37,430 nt of DNA, from IMG/VR virus record IMGVR_UViG_3300033562_002112, positions 1 through 37,430 of that record. One strand, given 5' to 3'. Under the pieces are notes generated by a model. The model was not told the origin of the DNA, did no database searches, and worked only from the letters and a program-made list of their open reading frames with translations. The stretch comes from a virus (taxonomy: Duplodnaviria; Caudoviricetes). The translations under genes and the position numbers were made by a program. Shown piece by piece: positions 1 through 9,005 of this stretch (the stretch's first letter is position 1; the number at the start of each line of letters is the position of its first letter).

Positions 1-412
1 GCATGCAATAATAAGAGGCTTTCCCATAACGTCCATATAACCTGTCATTATGTACATAACCGCTAACCAAAACAGATGCATTATGCGTATGAGATGTTGG
101 TGAGTAGTAACTCCCATGTTGTCCATCCAGCAAATCAGCGTTCAAATTCGTCACCAAATTACTGTTACTCATTGTTCCACCAACAAGCGGAAGATAAGCA
201 TGTGTATGTCCAAGTCCAGAATATCGAGTATCTAAATAAGTATTTAAATTTGCAACTGTTGATATTTTGATATTATTATCAGTTGGATCAAGAATAATGA
301 ATTTATCAGAAATCAATAAATTCGGATGGACTGGAGATAAAGATAAATCGATGTCCACATCGAACACCGACTTATCTTTTATTTGCCGACCGGTAACTTG
401 AGTTTCAGCCAT
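1..412 (-). CDS. Tail fibre protein, N-terminal part (3' end truncated by window edge; not in ORF track)
   Basis: Manual translation from ATG at 412 is open to the edge: MAETQVTGRQIKDKSVFDVDIDL...NTYLDTRYSGLGHTHAYLPLVGGTMSNSNLVTNLNADLLDGQHGSYYSPTSHTHNAS. The HTH, YLPLxGGT and LNADLLDG motifs are typical of phage fibre shafts. Confidence 0.8.
   Translation of the reverse strand, partial: MAETQVTGRQIKDKSVFDVDIDLSLSPVHPNLLISDKFIILDPTDNNIKISTVANLNTYLDTRYSGLGHTHAYLPLVGGTMSNSNLVTNLNADLLDGQHGSYYSPTSHTHNASVLVSGYVHNDRLYGRYGKASYYCM
339..379 (-). promoter_or_regulatory. Intragenic RNA hairpin, 18 bp (3 G-U), 5-nt loop
   Basis: Minus strand AAAGATAAGTCGGTGTTC-GATGT-GGACATCGATTTATCTTT pairs fully only with G-U wobbles, i.e. 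on the mRNA strand. Begins 33 nt into the 412 CDS. Confidence 0.75.
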
Positions 413-456
413 AAAAATTTATTTATTTTTCGATATTATTCTTTAAATTTTATATA

Positions 457-1803
457 TTAAACAGAATAATTTACTAAAATTACATCAGTATAAGCAGAAG
501 CTGCTGATGGAGCTGAAGCAAAAGTAATTGTTGTAACATATGGTCCACTACCAACATTATAAGCAATAGTATAATCATTACCAACTCCAGCATTCATTAA
601 AATTCCATTTTTATAAACTTCTTCTGAACCAGTAATTATATGAGCATTTGCAGCAGGAGATATTGTAAAAACTGTATTTGATCCATTTACTAATCCACCA
701 GGAGTTGCTCTAAAAAATCTTGTTGAAGTATTTTCAGTAGTTAATCCTAAAATTGTTCTTATTTGTGCAGAAGTTAAATCTTCGACAACCCCTGTTCCGG
801 CAGTTATTCTTCCTTTTATTGTGTTATTAGCAACATTAGAAAGTTTAACATTTGCAAGTGTACTATCAGCCACTTTAGCACCGGTTACGTTTAAATTAGC
901 GATTTTGTCTGTAACTACTTTTGAAGTTCCGATATTTGCTGCCCCATTTAAAACAATAGTTACATCACCAGTAGCATTTGGTTGAACATATAGTGTATCA
1001 AAATATGTTTTCAAAAAAGCTTTTAAATTCGTAAAAGTGAATTTTTTGATAGACCAAGCACCAGCAGAATCAACCAAACTCAATTCATCCGCGTCAACAG
1101 GCGTTGCCTTAACAGTCGCCGCATGTGTATATGTTGCCCAGTTATATGTTGCATTAAATGCAAGCATAAGTTGAGATTTCAAAACAGCCCATGTAATTTT
1201 CTTTAAACCTCCAGAAGCCGCCGAATCAGATATTGGTAATGTATCAGCATCAACAGGAACAGCTTTTGCCGTAGCCGCATTTAACACAGCTCCAACATTT
1301 TGTGCATCTGTTACATCAGCCAAAGCTTCAATACCTGTTAATTTTGTTAATTCAGCTGTTGTTAAATGTTGATGGTCATTTAAAGCACCTCCTAATAAAC
1401 CAGAAAGTAATTCGTGACTACTCATGATTGATGTTAATTGTAACCATCTTCCAGGAGCCGCATCAGTTGCAACATCAGTTGGACGAATAATTGTACCATC
1501 ATTACTTACCACAACACTTTCAGCATCAAAACGATATAAACCAAGTGTTTCGATATGCATCAACATTTTATCAGCACGGCCAGCAACTAAAACAGCTTTG
1601 GCCGTTGCTAAATCAGCAACAGGAACGTGTATTGAATTACCAACACCTGACACAGCATTGCCAATTGCCACATCCATTTGATCTTTATTGACCGCATCTG
1701 TAGCAAGAGTTGCTGGTGATAAATTAATTATTTTTTTGGAATTTGCATCCAAATTATCATCAATGTAAATTTGTGATGATGACCTTTGTTTTGTGATTGC
1801 CAT
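457..1803 (-). CDS. Tail fibre / whisker-like virion protein (448 aa)
   Basis: Ala/Gly/Thr/Val-rich. Has an IINLSP..ATDAVNKDQ fibre motif, an internal 52-aa-period repeat, VVTDKIA/VTGAKVA-type repeats and a C-terminal GxxNGxNxxF beta domain. Lies in a fibre/baseplate cluster. Confidence 0.7.
   Translation of the reverse strand: MAITKQRSSSQIYIDDNLDANSKKIINLSPATLATDAVNKDQMDVAIGNAVSGVGNSIHVPVADLATAKAVLVAGRADKMLMHIETLGLYRFDAESVVVSNDGTIIRPTDVATDAAPGRWLQLTSIMSSHELLSGLLGGALNDHQHLTTAELTKLTGIEALADVTDAQNVGAVLNAATAKAVPVDADTLPISDSAASGGLKKITWAVLKSQLMLAFNATYNWATYTHAATVKATPVDADELSLVDSAGAWSIKKFTFTNLKAFLKTYFDTLYVQPNATGDVTIVLNGAANIGTSKVVTDKIANLNVTGAKVADSTLANVKLSNVANNTIKGRITAGTGVVEDLTSAQIRTILGLTTENTSTRFFRATPGGLVNGSNTVFTISPAANAHIITGSEEVYKNGILMNAGVGNDYTIAYNVGSGPYVTTITFASAPSAASAYTDVILVNYSV
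1021..1278 (-). repeat. Two-copy internal protein repeat (156-nt period)
   Basis: AATAKAVPVDADTLPISDSAASGGLKKITWAVLK (1177-1278) versus AATVKATPVDADELSLVDSAGAWSIKKFTFTNLK (1021-1122). Confidence 0.85.
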
Positions 1804-1808
1804 AATAT

Positions 1809-2417
1809 TTATTTTATAGTGTAAATTGATTCAATAATATCAGTAAATTCATTATTTTTTGGTGCTTCTTCAAGCATTATTGTATTTTCTGTTAATTCTG
1901 AAAAAAAATGTTCTTTTACTCCATTAACAAATACACTAATTTTTCCAGAAAAATAAGGTACTGATGTTTGAAAAATTTTATTCACACCATTTATTTCTCC
2001 TACTAATTGTTCGTGAACTGGTTGTGCTTTTTTCCACATAATATCCAATTCTATTGTTCTACTAAAATCTAATGCCGATTTATCAAGTCTTTGATGATTT
2101 ATAGGTGCTAAATATGGTGCTTTACCATCTCCAACAGATTTATAAACATATGCATATTGTCCTGATTGTGGTCCAATATTTACTCCTAATAAATCAATTA
2201 TTTCAATTTTATTGGGATTTTCATCTAAATTTATTTGAGTTATAACATATGTATGTCCTACGTTATCTTTTAAATAATACCCTATTTCTTTTTCAGCTTT
2301 TTCCGCTCCTGGCTCATTTATATCTTCAGGAATTACAATAACCTGATATTTATCAGGTTCTATATATACAACATCTTGAATTATTGTTGACCAGGAAACA
2401 GTTGGTAAATAAGACAT
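1809..2417 (-). CDS. Putative virion structural protein (202 aa) with C-terminal GxxNGxNxxF beta domain
   Basis: Tightly packed ORF. C-terminus LVGEINGVNKIFQT...ISVFVNGV...APKNNEFTDII resembles the C-terminus of 457-1803. Confidence 0.6.
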   Translation of the reverse strand: MSYLPTVSWSTIIQDVVYIEPDKYQVIVIPEDINEPGAEKAEKEIGYYLKDNVGHTYVITQINLDENPNKIEIIDLLGVNIGPQSGQYAYVYKSVGDGKAPYLAPINHQRLDKSALDFSRTIELDIMWKKAQPVHEQLVGEINGVNKIFQTSVPYFSGKISVFVNGVKEHFFSELTENTIMLEEAPKNNEFTDIIESIYTIK

Positions 2418-2420
2418 ATT

Positions 2421-3893
2421 TTACGAGAAAAATAAATGTATGAAAAGTTGTTGTTGAACAGTTGCTAAACCCTCTATTCTTAAAGTATTTGAATTTTGTG
2501 CAATAACACCTGAATGAGAAGCATTTCCATAAAGTAATCTTTCACCAAATGATGTCATTGTAAATATTGTAACTTGTGCAATTTTTCTATTCAAATTATG
2601 TATAATCAAAAGATCATTTTGATTTCCATTATATGCCATTACTGTCCAGCCAACAGGATAATCAACTCCGGCAATTGCACCTGAACATCTATTAGCCACA
2701 GAAGTTGCTGATGGTAGATTTATATCATAAATTGACTTATAATCATTATGTGTATGATCACCATATGCAGCTTTTGAATGGTCTATTCCAAATCCAGGAA
2801 AAGAAACAGTACCAAAAGGAGCAAAAGCTTTAACATCAATTCCTAATTCTCCCGTAACTGGATTATAAACAATGGGAGCAATTGGAAGTATTAATGCCGT
2901 ACCGGAAGCTTGTTGAGATAATGTTCTTATTGTTTTGTTATTTATTTCAAGTAAATCCTTATTAATAGGGACAACTTCAGTTTGTGAATTATTAAATAAT
3001 ACCACAGTTTCAGAAATAAATCCTATCATTGAATTATTTAATGAATCAAAACGATTTATTCCTAAATAAATTTCATGTGTTTGCGCAATTGATATTTTTC
3101 TATTTATACGAGCTTCAATTTTAATACGTTTAAATCCATCGTCAAATATCATATTAGAAAAACGTAATTCAATTTGATTATTGTAATCTATTGAACAATG
3201 TTCTACGGAGAAGAAAATAATTACCGAATTGTTAATATCATTAATAACATTTATGTTACTTGAAAGAATATCATTCGTTATTGTATTTTTTAATACAAGT
3301 TTGAAATTATTTGATTTCCCATCTGATTCATTTTGAGATAAATCTGTTTTAAAAACAGTAATTGTCGTCCAAATATTTTCATTATTTTCTCCAACAATAT
3401 CCAATTCCAAAATATGTTTTGATTTAATCAAAAAATTGATATTATCCAATTTTGATTTATCAAAAGGAGACATTAATCCAGGTTTTGAATTTTTGTTATA
3501 ATATTCATATATTGAATTAAAACCTAATTTGAAATTTTCAGCACTACTAACAAAAAAACTAGCAAAATCTTGAAAAGTAATTGCCTGATTATCTTCTGAA
3601 ACATGAAAAGTATCATAAATATCCAATATTTGATCAATGTCAAATTCCCATAAAAATCCATTAGTATCGTTAGATAAATAATGTTTTTTTAGTCCGTTGG
3701 TTGTGTCATCAATTAAATATCCGTATATACCTTGATAAATAGTACCATCAAAATCAAATACTATTTTTTGTCCAATATAATAACGAAAACTTATTGGTTC
3801 TAAAATATCGAAAAAAAGTTTATCGTTAACTATTTCAGTTACTTTTATTTCGAATTTATTTAATTTAGGATATTCTATTGGATTTAAAATCAT
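2421..3893 (-). CDS. Putative tail fibre-associated structural protein (490 aa)
   Basis: GLMSPFDKSKLDNI and AAYGDHTH fibre-type motifs, and a C-terminal IxHNLN module. Sits between baseplate wedge and fibre genes. Confidence 0.55.
   Translation of the reverse strand: MILNPIEYPKLNKFEIKVTEIVNDKLFFDILEPISFRYYIGQKIVFDFDGTIYQGIYGYLIDDTTNGLKKHYLSNDTNGFLWEFDIDQILDIYDTFHVSEDNQAITFQDFASFFVSSAENFKLGFNSIYEYYNKNSKPGLMSPFDKSKLDNINFLIKSKHILELDIVGENNENIWTTITVFKTDLSQNESDGKSNNFKLVLKNTITNDILSSNINVINDINNSVIIFFSVEHCSIDYNNQIELRFSNMIFDDGFKRIKIEARINRKISIAQTHEIYLGINRFDSLNNSMIGFISETVVLFNNSQTEVVPINKDLLEINNKTIRTLSQQASGTALILPIAPIVYNPVTGELGIDVKAFAPFGTVSFPGFGIDHSKAAYGDHTHNDYKSIYDINLPSATSVANRCSGAIAGVDYPVGWTVMAYNGNQNDLLIIHNLNRKIAQVTIFTMTSFGERLLYGNASHSGVIAQNSNTLRIEGLATVQQQLFIHLFFS
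3808..3853 (-). promoter_or_regulatory. Intragenic hairpin (12 bp with bulge plus 4-bp inner stem)
   Basis: Minus strand TCGAAA-T-AAAAGT pairs with ACTTTT-TTTCGA; inner AACT/AGTT. Starts 40 nt into the 3893 CDS. AU-rich. Confidence 0.4.
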
Positions 3894-3914
3894 TTTATTT
3901 TGGTGTTAAGTTTT

Positions 3915-5429
3915 TTATTTGGAAACCATATTAATATCAAAAAACAAATTGATTGTATTAAAAGTTGAATCACATATAGCAAAATCTCCTTTTAAAATTG
4001 GTAAATATTCAATATGTTTAATTATATATGGCGTTGATGTTTCGATTTTTTTCTCAATTTTTTCTTTTTCAACAATTTGATTAAAAATAGTATATTCAAA
4101 TTTGATATTATTTTTAACCATATATGTTTCGAAAATATTTTCAACATTAACAATATGATTTTTAATATACAAAAACTTCGAAAATTCAGTATATAATATT
4201 TCCTGAATGTTAAGTTTATGTTTTGTTAATTCTTCATTTGAATCCATTAAAATTTGAAAAGCAAATTTACATGTTTTAAGATCATATATAATATGTGATG
4301 TTAAAGCATATTCAAATTCCTCAATAATTTTCGATAAATTTGTTTTTTCCGAACTTTTTAATTGATAAGTTTGAAAATCAATTATTTTTTTGTATTGATT
4401 AATATAATCATTTGGATTATTTGATTTAATATTTAATGATTGTTTTTTACCCAAATATAAATGATTTATTGTTTTTTCAATTGAATCATTTTTAATATCT
4501 TGAATCAAAATTGTTGAATATTTGCCAATAAAATTCCTATAACTTATATTGTCAAATAATAATATTTTTCCATGATTATATCCAATTGCGGCCCGCAAAG
4601 CATTTTCATCTGTTCCATTTGAACCAAAATCAAATCCTGTTAAATTTATTATTTGAATTTCATTATCAGATGGATTTATATTATTGCCAATATTGTCAAT
4701 AATGTTTTGTGTTTCAAAATCATGTGTTTCTTCAATATTACCAATTTCTCCAGATGTAAGTTTGTAAGTAATATTAATAATATCTTGTATTTTTAATCCT
4801 TTCAAATAAATAATGATAGGTTTTTGAATATCATTTGAAAATTTTACAAGAAATTGTTGATTATTATTTTCTCCTTCCATATCAAAAAAGGATTTTACTT
4901 CCAAAAATTGAATTCCATTTACTTCAATACTTATTGAATTTTGCGCGATATTTTCTTCTGGAAGATATATTCTTTCAATTAAGTTATTTGTTTGTATTGT
5001 TGTTTTTATGTTTTTTATTTCCCCTTCAACAACTGGAATAATATTCAAACCATTAACTAAACGAAAAGTTTTATTTGAATTATAATAATAATTCAATTTC
5101 GATAATTTATCTGTAAATATAGAATATGGTGGTAAAAATAATGGATACCCAGTTCTTGAAAATAATTTCGGATTAATAACTAATTCAAGTAATCCAGAAG
5201 CAGGTATTTTCAAAGTTGGTTCAAAACCATTTTCAGCAGACATATGTCTTAAAGAAGAAAGATGTTGAGCTGTCAACATATTTCTTTCTCGTTTAACAAT
5301 ATCAAGACGATATTCTAAATGTGTAAACATCGCATTAATACCATTAAACATTTGCCAAAATATGTTTGTTACATGTTTTGGTATACGTTCAGAAATATAT
5401 CTTTTTAAAATTGCGTCTATTCTTTCCAT
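3915..5429 (-). CDS. Baseplate wedge subunit (T4 gp6 / baseplate J-like)
   Basis: LTAQHLSSLRHMSAENGFEPTLKIPASG matches the gp6-family TAxxxxSxxxxAxxxGYxP pattern; GSNGTDENALRAAI matches GGxDxESxxxxR. Follows a gp25-like gene. Confidence 0.8.
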   Translation of the reverse strand: MERIDAILKRYISERIPKHVTNIFWQMFNGINAMFTHLEYRLDIVKRERNMLTAQHLSSLRHMSAENGFEPTLKIPASGLLELVINPKLFSRTGYPLFLPPYSIFTDKLSKLNYYYNSNKTFRLVNGLNIIPVVEGEIKNIKTTIQTNNLIERIYLPEENIAQNSISIEVNGIQFLEVKSFFDMEGENNNQQFLVKFSNDIQKPIIIYLKGLKIQDIINITYKLTSGEIGNIEETHDFETQNIIDNIGNNINPSDNEIQIINLTGFDFGSNGTDENALRAAIGYNHGKILLFDNISYRNFIGKYSTILIQDIKNDSIEKTINHLYLGKKQSLNIKSNNPNDYINQYKKIIDFQTYQLKSSEKTNLSKIIEEFEYALTSHIIYDLKTCKFAFQILMDSNEELTKHKLNIQEILYTEFSKFLYIKNHIVNVENIFETYMVKNNIKFEYTIFNQIVEKEKIEKKIETSTPYIIKHIEYLPILKGDFAICDSTFNTINLFFDINMVSK

Positions 5430-5441
5430 TATTTATTTATT

Positions 5442-5831
5442 TTAAGAACCAAGTAAAAATTTCTGTTTATATGTTTGATTAATACCGTCTTGATCTTGGG
5501 CATTAATACTAAAAACAATATATATTAAATCCTTATTATCTGAATTTTTTATTGTTTCTACTGATATTGTATATGAAAATTCAGAAGCATGTTGACAATT
5601 TTTAGAAACATAAGAAGTTATTTCGTTTCTAATTTGTGTTATTGTAACATATTGATTAAAAAGATATCTACCCAAATTTATCGAATCAGAAATACCCCAA
5701 ATCTCATTAGGACCAATTTCCATCACTAATTCAATTTCTTGTATAAATAATTCTAAAGGTTGTGTTAATATATTATCCTGTATGGTATTACCATGCAAAT
5801 AAATATCAACATAATTTATTTTATTTGACAT
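5442..5831 (-). CDS. Baseplate wedge / sheath initiator, gp25-like (129 aa)
   Basis: Size, the IQEIELVMEIGPNEIWG...LGRYLF...IRNEITSYV...LIYIVFSI pattern, and position directly upstream of the gp6-like gene. Confidence 0.65.
   Translation of the reverse strand: MSNKINYVDIYLHGNTIQDNILTQPLELFIQEIELVMEIGPNEIWGISDSINLGRYLFNQYVTITQIRNEITSYVSKNCQHASEFSYTISVETIKNSDNKDLIYIVFSINAQDQDGINQTYKQKFLLGS
5763..5811 (-). promoter_or_regulatory. Intragenic long imperfect hairpin (about 21 bp)
   Basis: Minus strand TGTTGATATTTATTTGCATGGT-AAT-ACCATACAGGATAATATATTAACA folds with G-U pairs, two bulges and one mismatch. Starts 20 nt into the 5831 CDS. Confidence 0.6.
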
Positions 5832-5833
5832 AA

Positions 5834-6772
5834 TTAAATTATTGAAGTTTGTTCTTCCCGCATTTTTATTTCAAGAAATGAATTTAATTTACTTAATGTT
5901 TCTGAAAATGTATTCCAATGAGTATGATCATTTATTGTATTTATTGCTATCTGAGTTGCTTGATTATTACAAGTTTTCATGTTAAAAATAAATTGATACC
6001 CAATTGTTCTGGATAAATTTGTTTTTTGTGTAAAAACTTCTTGATCCCAATATGTAACTTTATTTTCAAATGGGTAAATAAAATTTATTCCATGTAATTT
6101 TTGTATTCCTGTTTCATCAGTATAAAATAATAATAATGTATTGAAATTAAAATCTTGTTCCAAAACATCATTAAAAACACAATTTTCAAAATCGATAACA
6201 TCTTTTAATCCAGTAAAATCAAATTGTTTATCTCCATTATCAAATAAACATACATCTTCATCAATACTCTGAATTATATTATCAATATTACCTATTGTTT
6301 TCCATGCAGGAATTAATAATTTACATTTATTTGGAATTTGACAAACAAGTTCTCCCCAACCATTATTATTTTCAGTTGTAATAAAATTAGAAGTAACTAT
6401 TTCATTTATGAAAGTTACGGTTGATTTATAATTAACCCCCATTTTACTGAGCATTTTCCAAAATGCAATTTCAGTAATTTCTTCTATTGGATTTCCATTT
6501 ATACCAATTGATGGTTGACGCAAAATATTTTCTAAATAATATTGAATAGTTTTTGGAACCACAATATTTGGATTCGTACTATTTTCACCAACAGAAGTTA
6601 AATCAATAAAAAATTCAGGATTTTGCCAAAAGGGTAAATTTAATGCTACCATTTTAGTAAAATAACAAATCTTATTTGTTGAAATTGCTTTATCAAAATC
6701 AAATAAAGCTTTTGAAAAACTGATATATGTACTTTGATCATTTCTTAATTGATCTAATTCTGGTAGATTCAT
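5834..6772 (-). CDS. Hypothetical protein, probably baseplate-associated (312 aa)
   Basis: First gene of the leftward unit, 2 nt from the gp25-like gene, genome-typical codon usage. No motif I can assign with confidence. Confidence 0.6.
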   Translation of the reverse strand: MNLPELDQLRNDQSTYISFSKALFDFDKAISTNKICYFTKMVALNLPFWQNPEFFIDLTSVGENSTNPNIVVPKTIQYYLENILRQPSIGINGNPIEEITEIAFWKMLSKMGVNYKSTVTFINEIVTSNFITTENNNGWGELVCQIPNKCKLLIPAWKTIGNIDNIIQSIDEDVCLFDNGDKQFDFTGLKDVIDFENCVFNDVLEQDFNFNTLLLFYTDETGIQKLHGINFIYPFENKVTYWDQEVFTQKTNLSRTIGYQFIFNMKTCNNQATQIAINTINDHTHWNTFSETLSKLNSFLEIKMREEQTSII

Positions 6773-6904
6773 AATTGATTTTTTTAATTTTTTAAAAAAT
6801 TTTCAACATTGTTTTCCGAAAAATAAATAAAAAAATTTTTTTTCTCGATTAGTAATATATATTCATTAAGTTAAAGAAAAAATTTTTAAATAAAATTTAC
6901 GACA
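6773..6904. promoter_or_regulatory. Divergent promoter region
   Basis: 132-bp extremely AT-rich gap between head-to-head genes. Contains the palindrome AATATATATT (6854-6863). Exact promoter elements not established. Confidence 0.6.
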
Positions 6905-8284
6905 ATGACAGGATTAGAATTAAACAATAGGGAAAAATATGTGAATCACGATGATAAAGCAGAAATTTTTTTTACAGGTGAATTAAAAGCATATAAAACC
7001 GCCTATACTGATCCATTAATTTTGAATTTTAAATTAATGATAGATTTTGATAAAAAATCTGGATTATTTGCTTCAAAAGAAAATATAAATTCAGCTTTAG
7101 CATATTTATTAAGGATAGGAGAAACAGCTCGTTATCATATGTTGACTCGTTGGATTGAAGTTTTTCAAGATTTTGTAAGAAATCATGATTTTTTAATATT
7201 GGATGTTATTGGACTTGATACCATAGTTAATGCCCCTCCATACCATGCTTTTACACTGGAAGATAAATTGACATTAACAATTCGAGAAACTAATGATATG
7301 TTTTTTCAATCATTATTAACAACTTATCGACATATATGGTTTGATGATAATAGATGTGTGGAAGTTTTACCAGCAAATTTAAGACGTTTTGATGCCCATA
7401 TTTTATTATTTAATTCCGGTTATTATAATATGGATATTTATGATGTTAATGGTATTGATTCTGTTGAAACAGAAACAAAAATATTCCCTACTCTTCGAAA
7501 ATTATCTGATAAATATTTTTACGATAATGCTGATAAATATGAATTTAACCATCATTTAATTAGTTTTGTTGAAGCTTCTATTAATAATGAAGAATCAGGA
7601 AAAAGTTTTTTTGAAAATGTAACTAATGAAATGACAGATGAATTTGTCAAAAATCAAATTGTTTTAAATTATCGTTTTGGAAATTATAGAGGAGTATTTA
7701 ACAATATTTTTGGAGAAATTGATTTTGTTAAAGAATTGGCTGTTATTGCAAGTTATGATAAAACATTAAATCAAAATACTACAGAAAAATCAAAATTAAA
7801 TGAATATTTCAGTTCGACAGGTGAATCATTAAAATCATTAAGTAAAGAACAATGGAATAAAATAAAAAATTCTCCACAAAGAATTAAAAAATATGTTGGA
7901 CAAAATACTGCGATTGGCCAAGCATTTAGAACATTATCAGATCCATCACTTATACCAAATATGATAAGTAATACTATTGATAGAGGGATGAATTATTTGG
8001 AAGATCAAACTATTGGGGCTGTTTTTACAGGAATTAATAATTTAATTTTACAAAATTTTTCAAATAATCTTGTAGATATATATAAAAGTTACAATGAACA
8101 AAATACTGTCAATAATTTAAAAACATATTCTGATGAAGAATTATTATTGATGACAAAAGACGAAGAAACAAATCCAAACGGAGCAAAATTTCAAGAAAAA
8201 ATTGAACCATATATGGATAATAGTGAAAATAAAAAAAATATTAAATTGGAAGCATCTAACATTTACAATAGGGGAGGATTTTAA
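6905..8284 (+). CDS. Putative tail-tube initiator / baseplate-tube junction protein (gp48/gp54-like fold)
   Basis: LTLTIRETNDMFFQSLLTTYRHIWFD resembles the tube-fold signature. Immediately upstream of the spike gene. Function is an inference. Confidence 0.5.
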   Translation: MTGLELNNREKYVNHDDKAEIFFTGELKAYKTAYTDPLILNFKLMIDFDKKSGLFASKENINSALAYLLRIGETARYHMLTRWIEVFQDFVRNHDFLILDVIGLDTIVNAPPYHAFTLEDKLTLTIRETNDMFFQSLLTTYRHIWFDDNRCVEVLPANLRRFDAHILLFNSGYYNMDIYDVNGIDSVETETKIFPTLRKLSDKYFYDNADKYEFNHHLISFVEASINNEESGKSFFENVTNEMTDEFVKNQIVLNYRFGNYRGVFNNIFGEIDFVKELAVIASYDKTLNQNTTEKSKLNEYFSSTGESLKSLSKEQWNKIKNSPQRIKKYVGQNTAIGQAFRTLSDPSLIPNMISNTIDRGMNYLEDQTIGAVFTGINNLILQNFSNNLVDIYKSYNEQNTVNNLKTYSDEELLLMTKDEETNPNGAKFQEKIEPYMDNSENKKNIKLEASNIYNRGGF

Positions 8285-8287
8285 ATA

Positions 8288-9001
8288 ATGCTTGGTAATA
8301 TAAATATTTTTTTCGGAAAAGTATTAAATGTTTCAGATGAATTAAAAATCAATAGATGTCAAATATCTATTGACGGGCTGACTGATGAAATAGTTTCTGA
8401 TGATCTTCCCTGGTATTTTCCTTGGTATGGCTTAAATTATTTACCGATCGTAAATGATGTTGTATCAGTTATCGTATTTGACAATAATTTTTCAACTTGT
8501 TTTTATGGTAGAAAAGTTGATTTGGTTGATGGTTCTCTTGATGGAGGGGATTATGAAAACTATCTTGAAATATTTAAACGGAATGTTGATGATAAAAATG
8601 TTTCACTAACTTATTTGAAATCTAAGGGAATTGAATTTATCAATGATAAAAATAAAGTTCAAATAGAACTTGATAAAATATCATTATTTGTAGATACAAA
8701 TTCCATAGTAATGACAAAAGATAGAATCGACATAGGGGATTCTGGGCAAGAACCCATAATTTTGGGAGATAAAGGTGTTTCACATTTACATGATATAATA
8801 AAACATCAAGCTAATACTATAACGGAAATGATGAAATTATTTCAAGTTATTGTAACAGCTTGTACAACTCCGTTTACAATACCAATTGGAGTAGCTTTAA
8901 CCGCAAATATTCCAATATCTCAATCAAAACTTGTGATGGAAAATACACAAGTAGATAAAAAAGCCGATACTCTTCAATCCAAAAAAACCTTCATAGAATA
9001 A
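8288..9001 (+). CDS. Baseplate central spike, gp5/gpV-like OB-fold, without lysozyme domain
   Basis: FFGKVLNVSDELKINRCQISIDGLTD...DLPWYFP...LPIVNDVVSVIVFD is the gp5 OB-fold pattern, followed by short beta repeats and EPIILGD. Confidence 0.85.
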   Translation: MLGNINIFFGKVLNVSDELKINRCQISIDGLTDEIVSDDLPWYFPWYGLNYLPIVNDVVSVIVFDNNFSTCFYGRKVDLVDGSLDGGDYENYLEIFKRNVDDKNVSLTYLKSKGIEFINDKNKVQIELDKISLFVDTNSIVMTKDRIDIGDSGQEPIILGDKGVSHLHDIIKHQANTITEMMKLFQVIVTACTTPFTIPIGVALTANIPISQSKLVMENTQVDKKADTLQSKKTFIE

Positions 9002-9005
9002 AAAT

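Noticed and set aside
76-270. 64-aa plus-strand ORF (also 1424-1681, 1491-1691, 4835-5041)
   Set aside because: Antisense to well-supported minus-strand fibre and baseplate genes; no motifs.
5355-5381. Hairpin near the start of the gp6-like gene
   Set aside because: AU-rich, and its single mismatch becomes a G-U pair only on the non-coding strand, so it was not counted among the strong mRNA hairpins.
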